Source: a virus
DNA length: 64,000 nucleotides
Reading direction: 5' to 3' (one strand)
IMG/VR virus record: IMGVR_UViG_3300022752_000059
Location: 2,601 to 66,600 of that record
A program made the translations under genes and the position numbers. Below the pieces are notes generated by a model. It made no database searches. It was not told where the DNA came from and saw nothing but the letters and a program-made list of their open reading frames with translations. Positions 8,786 through 16,018 of the stretch are shown one piece after another (within the stretch, counting starts at the first letter, position 1; each line of letters begins with the position of its first letter).

Positions 8786-9100
8786 CTACACCCACAGACT
8801 CGACATAGAGTAGCGACTAGAGCCAGAGTACGAATCGTCTACGAATCCATTGCGGAACATGACGGGGGCGCCAGAAACCCACGAACGATACGTGGGCAAC
8901 TGTCGGTCGATCGTCAATACATCCTGAACAGATGACTCACGCTTGGCAAAGCCGTAACGTTCTGAGAACAATTGCTGTGGCACGACTGGGCGAATTTGTC
9001 GAATAGTTTCAGGGTCTGATACGGCGGACTCCAAAGCAATATCCACCAGCATCTCTTGTCGAGACTGCCAAGGACGACGTGGTTTAGTCGTCTGAGCCAT
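8786..9100 (-). CDS. Hypothetical protein
   Basis: Tightly packed ORF with TAATG coupling. Confidence 0.6.
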   Translation of the reverse strand: MAQTTKPRRPWQSRQEMLVDIALESAVSDPETIRQIRPVVPQQLFSERYGFAKRESSVQDVLTIDRQLPTYRSWVSGAPVMFRNGFVDDSYSGSSRYSMSSLWV

Positions 9101-9312
9101 TAGTCCCTATACCAATCAGTGTTTGGTCGTGGCGTACCATTCCATGGTGTTGGGTCCGAGTCCTTAGAATAGCCACCATATCCAGTCTTTGGATACTTTG
9201 GTGGCTTCTTACCGCCTCCGCCAGTTCTCGTGGTCGGATGGTTTCTCCGCTTCCACGCAGCCATATCGACTATTCGGGCATCGTGGTTTCGTGTGTCTTC
9301 ACCACGTGCCAT
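9100..9312 (-). CDS. Small basic protein with shared N-terminal tag
   Basis: MARGEDTRNHDARIV...; start re-called to just after the upstream stop. Confidence 0.65.
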   Translation of the reverse strand: MARGEDTRNHDARIVDMAAWKRRNHPTTRTGGGGKKPPKYPKTGYGGYSKDSDPTPWNGTPRPNTDWYRD

Positions 9313-9313
9313 G

Positions 9314-9526
9314 TCAACAAGACTCGCAATCGTGACCGTATTGCCATTCATCGGGATTGTTGAAAGTCTTTGAACATTCTGGACATGTGTAGGACTTGCC
9401 CAAACTGGTGATGCTCTTTGGTGCCGTCATGTTTCCTTCAATAATTGATTGAAGGTCACGCATCACCATCGAGGCTCGATCAACCCTGCGCTTTGGGTGG
9501 TTACTAGTGTCATCTCCACGTGGCAT
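9314..9526 (-). CDS. Small protein with shared N-terminal tag and a C2HC Zn finger
   Basis: MPRGDDTSNHPKRRV...YTCPECSKTF...GHDC; RBS AAGGA. Confidence 0.7.
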   Translation of the reverse strand: MPRGDDTSNHPKRRVDRASMVMRDLQSIIEGNMTAPKSITSLGKSYTCPECSKTFNNPDEWQYGHDCESC

Positions 9527-9537
9527 AAATAAGTCCT

Positions 9538-10017
9538 TTAGTTGTAAAGATCACGTTTGTTGCGGGGCGGTGTTGCTGGGGTGGAGTCACCAAAAGGGTC
9601 CCACTCATTAGAAGAATGTGACTGTTGGGGTTGTTCCTGCGGAGCAGCCTGACGCTCTCTTGCTTTCTTTGAAAGCATCCCTCCTAGTTTCTTTCCAGCC
9701 TTGGCTCCGACTTTTCGACCGAGGAACCCACCAGTTGCAGCACCACCAACGGCGCCACCGATGGCTCCGCCGATCTTCTCGACTTTGTCAGGATTAGATG
9801 CAGCCCAATCACTGGCTGAGCCAAAAGCATCGCCAGCCATTTCTGCGGCACGGGAACCAACTTGCTTGGCTCCCTCAGTAAGCCGCTGCTGGGTCTGCGG
9901 ATTCAAGTGCTGCGAGACCGCTGAAGAAACGTGCCCAGTAAGACCACTGAGCAAGCCACCACGCCTGCTGCCACGCCTTGGAGCATCACCAAACGGATCT
10001 ACGTCATATTCGCCCAT
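9538..10017 (-). CDS. Glycine-zipper protein flanked by DPFGD motifs
   Basis: IGGAIGGAVGGAATGGFLG; DPFGD at both termini. Confidence 0.65.
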   Translation of the reverse strand: MGEYDVDPFGDAPRRGSRRGGLLSGLTGHVSSAVSQHLNPQTQQRLTEGAKQVGSRAAEMAGDAFGSASDWAASNPDKVEKIGGAIGGAVGGAATGGFLGRKVGAKAGKKLGGMLSKKARERQAAPQEQPQQSHSSNEWDPFGDSTPATPPRNKRDLYN

Positions 10018-10019
10018 GT

Positions 10020-10286
10020 TTAACCTACCGAATCTGGGTGAGCACATTCACCGCCTGGGCATTCATGAAAGTCAAAATTGGCTTTCTCGGCTTCTGCCCG
10101 ACGAAACTCCAAATTGCGCTTTCCTAATGCCGTGAACGGTCCAACCATTTTACCATTCTGACGACTCTTGAAATAAAAGGTGCGAACGTCAATGCCCTGT
10201 CGTACCCCCTCTTTGTCCATGGAATACAGGCGATCGCCAGACCACTGGACGTGAGTCATGTCGTTTTTATCCATCTCGTTAGGCAT
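10020..10286 (-). CDS. Hypothetical protein
   Basis: RBS GGAGG; fills the gap. Confidence 0.55.
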   Translation of the reverse strand: MPNEMDKNDMTHVQWSGDRLYSMDKEGVRQGIDVRTFYFKSRQNGKMVGPFTALGKRNLEFRRAEAEKANFDFHECPGGECAHPDSVG

Positions 10287-10289
10287 TGG

Positions 10290-10781
10290 CTACCTCCATG
10301 CGGGTCGCAGAGAGCGCAGTTTGGCACGACGCTCCTCACTGATTTCCTGTGGTTCTTCTCGATCGGCATTACGGGGAATGCCACGTGGTCCGACCTTACC
10401 ATCGTTGGTTAGTCGTACTGGCTCGGCTCCGACTGGGGCAAACTTCTTGCCAACCATTTGAAACTGAAGAGCCGTATATTTGTTGAACTCTTCGGGCCAT
10501 AGGTAATCACCCGAGTTGATCTTCTCTCCCTTGTGCACACCACGTGAATATTGGCGTGCATTCATACGGCTCAACGAACCAAGAATCTTGTCCTGACGTC
10601 GATTGGATGACATCGTGCCAAGGTATCCATCTGGATACTGCGTGTCTTGAATTGAACGGTAACCAGAGAGCATCTGGTCTTTTGCATTACGAAAGACGGG
10701 CGTCGGACCGTATGCAAGAGCAGACCCAACCCCAGGCGGTTCCTGCGGGTTGCTCCACGAAGTAAACGTATTTGCTGCCAT
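10290..10781 (-). CDS. Hypothetical phage protein
   Basis: YPDGYLG..RR.DK...Y.RGVHKGE.I...DYLWP...L.PAW. Confidence 0.65.
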   Translation of the reverse strand: MAANTFTSWSNPQEPPGVGSALAYGPTPVFRNAKDQMLSGYRSIQDTQYPDGYLGTMSSNRRQDKILGSLSRMNARQYSRGVHKGEKINSGDYLWPEEFNKYTALQFQMVGKKFAPVGAEPVRLTNDGKVGPRGIPRNADREEPQEISEERRAKLRSLRPAWR

Positions 10782-10933
10782 TAGTAATTTGCCTTACCTA
10801 CACCAGTTGGTGTTAACAGACCACCTTGAAGACCTCCACCAACTGCGGAAATCGGTCGGGGAACGTTCTTCCTGCTATTCCTTGTCATAGCCCGTGAAGA
10901 AGGTGGTTTACGACCTTTTAGGCTTGCAGACAC
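10781..10933 (-). CDS. Small basic protein (50 aa)
   Basis: GTG start, MSASLKGRKPP...GKANY*; TAATG coupling; not in the ORF track. Confidence 0.5.
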   Translation of the reverse strand: MSASLKGRKPPSSRAMTRNSRKNVPRPISAVGGGLQGGLLTPTGVGKANY

Positions 10934-10935
10934 AA

Positions 10936-11436
10936 TCAGCGATACGGGTTTAGTTCGTCTTCACGAATCTTTGGATCATCAAATAATTGTTTTCCATATT
11001 CGCTCTTGCCTGCAGCCTCGTCCTTGCCAAAGGTTTTTTCGTCATACGCTTTGACACCTTCAAAACCGCCCTTGGCGTACGCCTCAGCAACACCACCACG
11101 GGCAGTTCCATCAATGTCCGACTGAATTGGGCTCTTCATGCGGGCTTCTTCATCCGCCTTGGCACGGTTGTAAACCGAACCACGGTGCTGTGACTCGTTT
11201 CGGTTCTTTGGCTTGTTGATCTCTTTAAGACCCTTAGCCATACGCTTCTTTTCTTTGTCACTATAAATAGTGCTGCTGTCATTGGCTAGTGTCGAATCGA
11301 TCTTCACACGACCTGTCATGGGGTCTCGGTAAGACTGGGTCCTTCCCAACGCTTCAGAGCGGGCACGAGCGGCGGTGACGCCGTGCGGATCATCGTAACG
11401 ACCACCATGATGACCTTTGTGTCTGAACAGCGGCAT
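10936..11436 (-). CDS. Charged, disordered hypothetical protein
   Basis: Follows spoVS by 2 nt; RBS GAGG. Confidence 0.6.
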   Translation of the reverse strand: MPLFRHKGHHGGRYDDPHGVTAARARSEALGRTQSYRDPMTGRVKIDSTLANDSSTIYSDKEKKRMAKGLKEINKPKNRNESQHRGSVYNRAKADEEARMKSPIQSDIDGTARGGVAEAYAKGGFEGVKAYDEKTFGKDEAAGKSEYGKQLFDDPKIREDELNPYR

Positions 11437-11438
11437 AC

Positions 11439-11729
11439 TTACCTCACAATGGGCTTAAAGGAGATCGCTGAAATGCTTTCCCCGTTCTCTCCAATAATAT
11501 CATCGAAGCCAATGACGTACGTGAGGTCAATACCACGTGGGGCGACAAAGCCTCGTGCAATAGCGGCAGATTTAGCCGCTTGATTGACAGCGCTGGCGCC
11601 AATGGCTCGCATGCGGGGCGTCTGCCCTGCAACTACGGCTCGGGCAAGAAGAGAACCTACGCTTTGGGGATTGCTGCTTCCAGAAACCTTAAGGACGTCC
11701 TGAACTTCGTTGTTTAATTCTTGTGACAT
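11439..11729 (-). CDS. spoVS: Stage V sporulation protein S (SpoVS; Alba-like nucleic-acid-binding fold)
   Basis: VLKVS..SNP.SV...A...AIGA.AVNQA.K..AIARGFVAP.GIDL....F.DI....ISAI.F. Confidence 0.9.
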   Translation of the reverse strand: MSQELNNEVQDVLKVSGSSNPQSVGSLLARAVVAGQTPRMRAIGASAVNQAAKSAAIARGFVAPRGIDLTYVIGFDDIIGENGESISAISFKPIVR

Positions 11730-11764
11730 GGTAACTCCTTGTAGTACTACTTGTCGGTACTATT

Positions 11765-12130
11765 TTAGAGATACCCAGCCTCCTGAAGCAGGTCAATCAA
11801 GTCATCCAACCTCATCACAGCATAGGAGTCTCCTAGGGCTTTTTTGCCCTTTCCAGCACGCTTTGCGATAAGGATAGGGAGGGCTCCGTCTAGCCGTTCA
11901 GCCTGTTCTACGGTGTCGTTCAACCATTCACTGAGTTTTAAGGCTTTTTGATTCTTGCATTGAAAACACGCCTTGCGCAGGGTGCTGGGGCTCTCCACTC
12001 CGTGAATGTCACCTTTGTCCTGACCGCCCTCAAGGGCAGTTCGGCGTGCGTGTACAAACCCTTTGGCATTGAGGTATTCACGAATGGCGGTCTCAAATGA
12101 GGTGCCTTTGGCTTTGTGCTTATTGCCCAT
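11765..12130 (-). CDS. Holliday junction resolvase (PD-(D/E)XK, Hjc-like)
   Basis: KAKGT.FE.....YL...G...D.GDI.G....QCKN. Confidence 0.8.
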   Translation of the reverse strand: MGNKHKAKGTSFETAIREYLNAKGFVHARRTALEGGQDKGDIHGVESPSTLRKACFQCKNQKALKLSEWLNDTVEQAERLDGALPILIAKRAGKGKKALGDSYAVMRLDDLIDLLQEAGYL

Positions 12131-12290
12131 CGTCTTGAACCTCTACCCACTTGGCTTGGCTGAATCCACGAACCCGTCCATTAAGTTCTATGTACACCCA
12201 CTGTGGTGCGTCTGGGTCGCAGTTGCAACCAGTTATCTGTCGAGGGTTGTGCTCGACAAGGGCTCCGCAATTCAAACAACGGACTTTCAT
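12120..12290 (-). CDS. Small Zn-binding protein (56 aa)
   Basis: MKVRCLNCG...GCNCDPDAP.WV; ATGA overlap; not in the ORF track. Confidence 0.65.
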   Translation of the reverse strand: MKVRCLNCGALVEHNPRQITGCNCDPDAPQWVYIELNGRVRGFSQAKWVEVQDDGQ

Positions 12291-12502
12291 GAGTTGAGTA
12301 TTACGAATATTTCCATCTCTCGTTCCAAACGAACAAGTTCGTCTTCGTAATAGTCCATCGCTTGAAGGTTGTCCAAGATCGTTGCTCGCTCAAGGTCTTC
12401 TCTGACGTTTACCCAACTACGGAGCAAGAGGTAGGCGCTCTTGTACGTTTTGGGCTTCTTCAGGAGGTAAGCGCTCTTGTACTTTTTTCTAAACTTCATC
12501 AT
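12287..12502 (-). CDS. Hypothetical protein with an internal YKSAYLL duplication
   Basis: ATGA overlaps on both sides. Confidence 0.55.
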   Translation of the reverse strand: MMKFRKKYKSAYLLKKPKTYKSAYLLLRSWVNVREDLERATILDNLQAMDYYEDELVRLEREMEIFVILNS

Positions 12503-13023
12503 GGCATGTACCTCGCATTACGTACTTCTTTCGGTGAAAGCCCAATCCTACGTGACAATTCACGGGACATCAACTGCGCACTACGCTCACAACGATCAAA
12601 CACCGCCTCAACCAATTTGCGGTAGGCACGGGAGTGCAGATGCTTCTCACGTTGCTCGATAACACGTGGGTCGGTATCACGTCGTGCTTTGGCAAGCGTG
12701 ACGGTATCGCCCTTGGCGGAATCACTCCACTGACCGATGAGCACCTCGGCTTCAATGATGCGGCAGTTGTTCTCCTGACGCTCTTCCTTGATTTCAGCCT
12801 GCACCAGTTCCGACTTTGAGTAGGACAGCCACGCCATGAATTCGGCGTAGAGCCCCATCAAATTAGCGTCGGACAATTCGTCGAGGTTGTACGGAAGATC
12901 TGGAAGTCGACCCTGCGGTTTGCTCGGGCTCTCGAACCTCCTGCTGAACTCCAGGATTGCTGGATCTTCCAACTCCTCGTTCGCCCAGTCCTGTGTCTGG
13001 CGAATCACTGCTCTCGTCATCAT
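12499..13023 (-). CDS. Helical protein (recombination mediator/UvsY-like candidate)
   Basis: Coiled coil ending ...QLMSRELSRR; RBS GGAGG; in the recA operon. Confidence 0.55.
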   Translation of the reverse strand: MMTRAVIRQTQDWANEELEDPAILEFSRRFESPSKPQGRLPDLPYNLDELSDANLMGLYAEFMAWLSYSKSELVQAEIKEERQENNCRIIEAEVLIGQWSDSAKGDTVTLAKARRDTDPRVIEQREKHLHSRAYRKLVEAVFDRCERSAQLMSRELSRRIGLSPKEVRNARYMP

Positions 13024-13888
13024 TCCTCCAACATGTCTTCTTGTGTGGGCACCACTTGCATACTTGATCTTCTGGACTTGTCACCCATAGCGGTCGCATG
13101 GGTGGAATACCAGACTCTAGTCCCTTCAATACTAGGTCGCACGATTTTAGTATCGGGTCGACCAGTTCTTGTTGGAACTCAACGACGAACTCTTTGACGT
13201 CTTGGGTTGGTTTCCATTCATAGATGAAAACCATTTTGTTTACACCAGTGCAGTACATGTAAAGCATTGCTTGGCGGACGTGTGACGGGAACGGTTGGCG
13301 GATACGTTTCCACATCTCATCTAAATTGCCGTCACATTCTTTAAACAATTCGTAGTTGTCAAAACGGATGGTGCCTGCACCAACGCTTTTTATTTCGATG
13401 AGGAATTCTTCCTTACCAGTGCGCACCTGTCCGTCTGCATGACCGAGTATTCGGTAACGTTCTGACTTGACTGGGACTTCTTTGTAAAGCGGTTGAAGGG
13501 TGCTTCCGCAGGATGGGCAGGACTTTGGCGAGAGATCGGTCCATGCATGACCACAGGTTTGGCATGACCAGTTGCCGTACAGAACGCCAATTTCGTATAG
13601 CCAGTTCTGCCACTTGGCATGAATGGCGTGACCCTCAGCAAAAACATTGAGCCGTTGAAAGCCCAGTTTCTCAGGAGTGCCTTCATAACCTTTGATCGTG
13701 TACCACGATGCCCGTGGACACCAATCTCGTTTAGATACCTCGCTTGGGTGCAGATGCAGTGAATCACGAAGTTTGTTTGCTTCAAGTTTGCTCCTTAAAA
13801 GGTGTTCTTGTACGAGTGGCAGGACCTTGCCTTTTGCGGTAAGGGATTTCTTGAATTCTTCTAGATGCCATTTTTCAGTCGTCATCAA
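12863..13888 (-). CDS. Cas4/RecB-like PD-(D/E)XK exonuclease with Fe-S-type cysteines and a Zn-ribbon insert
   Basis: HPSE...WCPR, G.AIH, GHADG..LIEIKS, Q..LYM, CKWCPHKKTC. Confidence 0.85.
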   Translation of the reverse strand: MMTTEKWHLEEFKKSLTAKGKVLPLVQEHLLRSKLEANKLRDSLHLHPSEVSKRDWCPRASWYTIKGYEGTPEKLGFQRLNVFAEGHAIHAKWQNWLYEIGVLYGNWSCQTCGHAWTDLSPKSCPSCGSTLQPLYKEVPVKSERYRILGHADGQVRTGKEEFLIEIKSVGAGTIRFDNYELFKECDGNLDEMWKRIRQPFPSHVRQAMLYMYCTGVNKMVFIYEWKPTQDVKEFVVEFQQELVDPILKSCDLVLKGLESGIPPMRPLWVTSPEDQVCKWCPHKKTCWRNDDESSDSPDTGLGERGVGRSSNPGVQQEVREPEQTAGSTSRSSVQPRRIVRR

Positions 13889-14186
13889 GACCTGCTAGTT
13901 CAATAAAGTCGTCTTCAACGAGCACTACGTAGTGGCGGTTGTTGCAGTCAAACTGGAGGACTGGGATTCGATCCTCAAGTATCGCACGCTGTTGCAATTC
14001 AATGAGGTCTTTTGACTTCAGAGTTATTTGCTTGGTGTTGGCAGTCAACTTGTTTTCAATGAGAAGTTGCTCGGAACGCACGTCATTCTTCCTGAGCCAA
14101 CCAGCCCCAGAACGGGCGTTTCTACTTCCTCGGTAGACCGAGGCGCTTCTTTTCTCTTGCTTTTGCGACTTCTTGAAGAGGGTCAT
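13875..14186 (-). CDS. Second small PD-(D/E)XK resolvase-like nuclease
   Basis: QEKR.A....G.R..RSGA...K.DV......IENK. Confidence 0.7.
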   Translation of the reverse strand: MTLFKKSQKQEKRSASVYRGSRNARSGAGWLRKNDVRSEQLLIENKLTANTKQITLKSKDLIELQQRAILEDRIPVLQFDCNNRHYVVLVEDDFIELAGLDDD

Positions 14187-15232
14187 ACGTTGAACTTGTT
14201 TTTGACGTCGTTAATCAACTTTTCACGAAGTTCAAGGTCTTCACGAACCGCCTGAAGGATGCCGTCTTTGCCCTGCCATTTCTGACCGTTGTACATGTAG
14301 TAAGCACCAGCCCGTGACACGAGTTCGTAACTGATGGCGATATTGACAATGTCTTTCACCGTGTCAAATGATCCGCATGTGAACTCGGCGTAATCAGCAA
14401 AGTAGAAGTCAACTACACCGACTTGATTAGGGCGGTAGGTCTTATTCTTAAGGGTGCGGGCCTTGATGGTCTGTCCAACGATCTCGTCCTTGTTCTTAAT
14501 CCACTCGTCACGCTTGACCTCTAAACGGGCGAAATAATGAAAGTTCTTTGCCTTACCGCCAGGGGTTGTGCGAGGGTCTCCCCACATGACGCCAATCTTG
14601 TCACGCCATTGGTTAATGATGATGCCAGTGCACCCACGTTCTTCGTGGACGAGTGAACGCTTCTGTGCCTTGGAAGACTTACGGAAGAACTTGCCAGTGA
14701 GTCTGGCACCAAGACCAACGGTGAACTCCTCCATCATCTTTTCAGACTCATCGGACGGAACAAGGGCTGGCAACGAATCGATGACGATGATGTCAACCGC
14801 ACGGTTGTCCATGGCGGTGATCACCAAGTCGTAGACATGTTCCATCACGTTGGACTCAACGACCCACAACCTGTCGAGGTCTACTCCGAGTGCCTTGGCA
14901 TATTCTGGAACGTACTCTTCAGCAGCAACCCACAAAGCGGTGAACTCTGGGTTTTTTGCTTGGTTGGTGGCAATGATCTTGTAGGCGAGGGCGGTTTTGC
15001 CAGATGATTCTTCTCCAACGATTTCGCTCCATTGGTTTACTGGAAGCCCACCTCCGAGCATCAAATCAAATGCCAAGATGCCAGTAGAAATGCGTGGCAT
15101 CATTTCACGCACTGCACTTCCTTTTACTACTACGTCTTCCCCATACTTCTTGTTGACGCTGGAGATGATTGATTGAAGGGACTGATAGTCAGGCACGTTG
15201 TACTCCGATTGGTGTTGTGGGAACTGGGTCAA
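14183..15232 (-). CDS. recA: RecA recombinase
   Basis: ISTG..AFDLMLGGGLP, GEESSGKT, VIDSLPALVP, INQ.R.KIGVMWGDP.TTPGG.A. Confidence 0.97.
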   Translation of the reverse strand: MTQFPQHQSEYNVPDYQSLQSIISSVNKKYGEDVVVKGSAVREMMPRISTGILAFDLMLGGGLPVNQWSEIVGEESSGKTALAYKIIATNQAKNPEFTALWVAAEEYVPEYAKALGVDLDRLWVVESNVMEHVYDLVITAMDNRAVDIIVIDSLPALVPSDESEKMMEEFTVGLGARLTGKFFRKSSKAQKRSLVHEERGCTGIIINQWRDKIGVMWGDPRTTPGGKAKNFHYFARLEVKRDEWIKNKDEIVGQTIKARTLKNKTYRPNQVGVVDFYFADYAEFTCGSFDTVKDIVNIAISYELVSRAGAYYMYNGQKWQGKDGILQAVREDLELREKLINDVKNKFNV

Positions 15233-15645
15233 GAAGCCCAGTTGCCCTGATCTGCTTGTGAGAATTTACCATTCCAACCACATTCAAAGCAACGAGGCGC
15301 TGGTGCCGCCCCATTGATGGAAGTGTTTGCTCCCCGCCCAACACGTTTGAACACGTGCTGACTGCCGCACTCTGGACAACGCATGTCGCCTTCTTTACGG
15401 TGCGCTTCCCCGCCTTTCCATAGGCGTATGGCATCACTCATAGAAATCTGTTCGGTAGGTGCACGATTTGGATCTAGAACGTTTTGATTGTGCGCAGTAA
15501 CGGATTGCGTTTGTTGCGTTTGTTGCGTTTGTTGCGTTTGTTGCGTTTGAGGAACCGTATTAATGCGAAAGCCAGATGTGGGCAAAGAGCGCTGTTGGGT
15601 TGAAACGGGTTCTCCCTTTAGTTTTTTACTCCACCAGTCACTCAT
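15229..15645 (-). CDS. Zn-ribbon protein with a QQT-repeat linker
   Basis: CPECGS...RCFECGW. Confidence 0.7.
   Translation of the reverse strand: MSDWWSKKLKGEPVSTQQRSLPTSGFRINTVPQTQQTQQTQQTQQTQSVTAHNQNVLDPNRAPTEQISMSDAIRLWKGGEAHRKEGDMRCPECGSQHVFKRVGRGANTSINGAAPAPRCFECGWNGKFSQADQGNWAS
15505..15549. repeat. Perfect 9-bp tandem repeat x5 (TTGCGTTTG)
   Basis: Read directly; encodes (QTQ)n. Confidence 0.95.
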
Positions 15646-16018
15646 CTTCGTCCACCTCGGTTTCTACGTATACAGACATATCAAAATCATCGGGTATTGT
15701 AACGATCAATTTATCTGAATCAACCAGTTTGTTGATAAGACCCATGGAGAATAAAGACAATGCTTGAACCGTTTCCTCATGTTCCGAAACGAGTTTCCCC
15801 GTTTTATCTAAAAGTTCGGTATACCAAGTGGCTGCTTCAATTATCTCTGGGTAGATGTCAAATGCAATAAAGACGCCCCATTTTGCAAGGACGTCGGCTT
15901 CTTCGTTCTCTACGACGTCGGGAGATGGGGACGAAAAACCCATCACTTTTGCCAAATCTTGTCCTTCTTGCGGAGAGAGCATAAGGATAAAATTGCGTTT
16001 GTCTATTGCATTGTTCAT
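15638..16018 (-). CDS. Acidic hypothetical protein
   Basis: ATGA overlap with polA. Confidence 0.6.
   Translation of the reverse strand: MNNAIDKRNFILMLSPQEGQDLAKVMGFSSPSPDVVENEEADVLAKWGVFIAFDIYPEIIEAATWYTELLDKTGKLVSEHEETVQALSLFSMGLINKLVDSDKLIVTIPDDFDMSVYVETEVDEDE

Noticed and set aside
12863-13888. Cas4-like gene as evidence of CRISPR-Cas
   Set aside because: Solo Cas4-like nucleases beside recA are ordinary phage recombination genes
15505-15549. 9-bp repeat as a phase-variation switch
   Set aside because: The unit is a multiple of 3, so it only changes linker length
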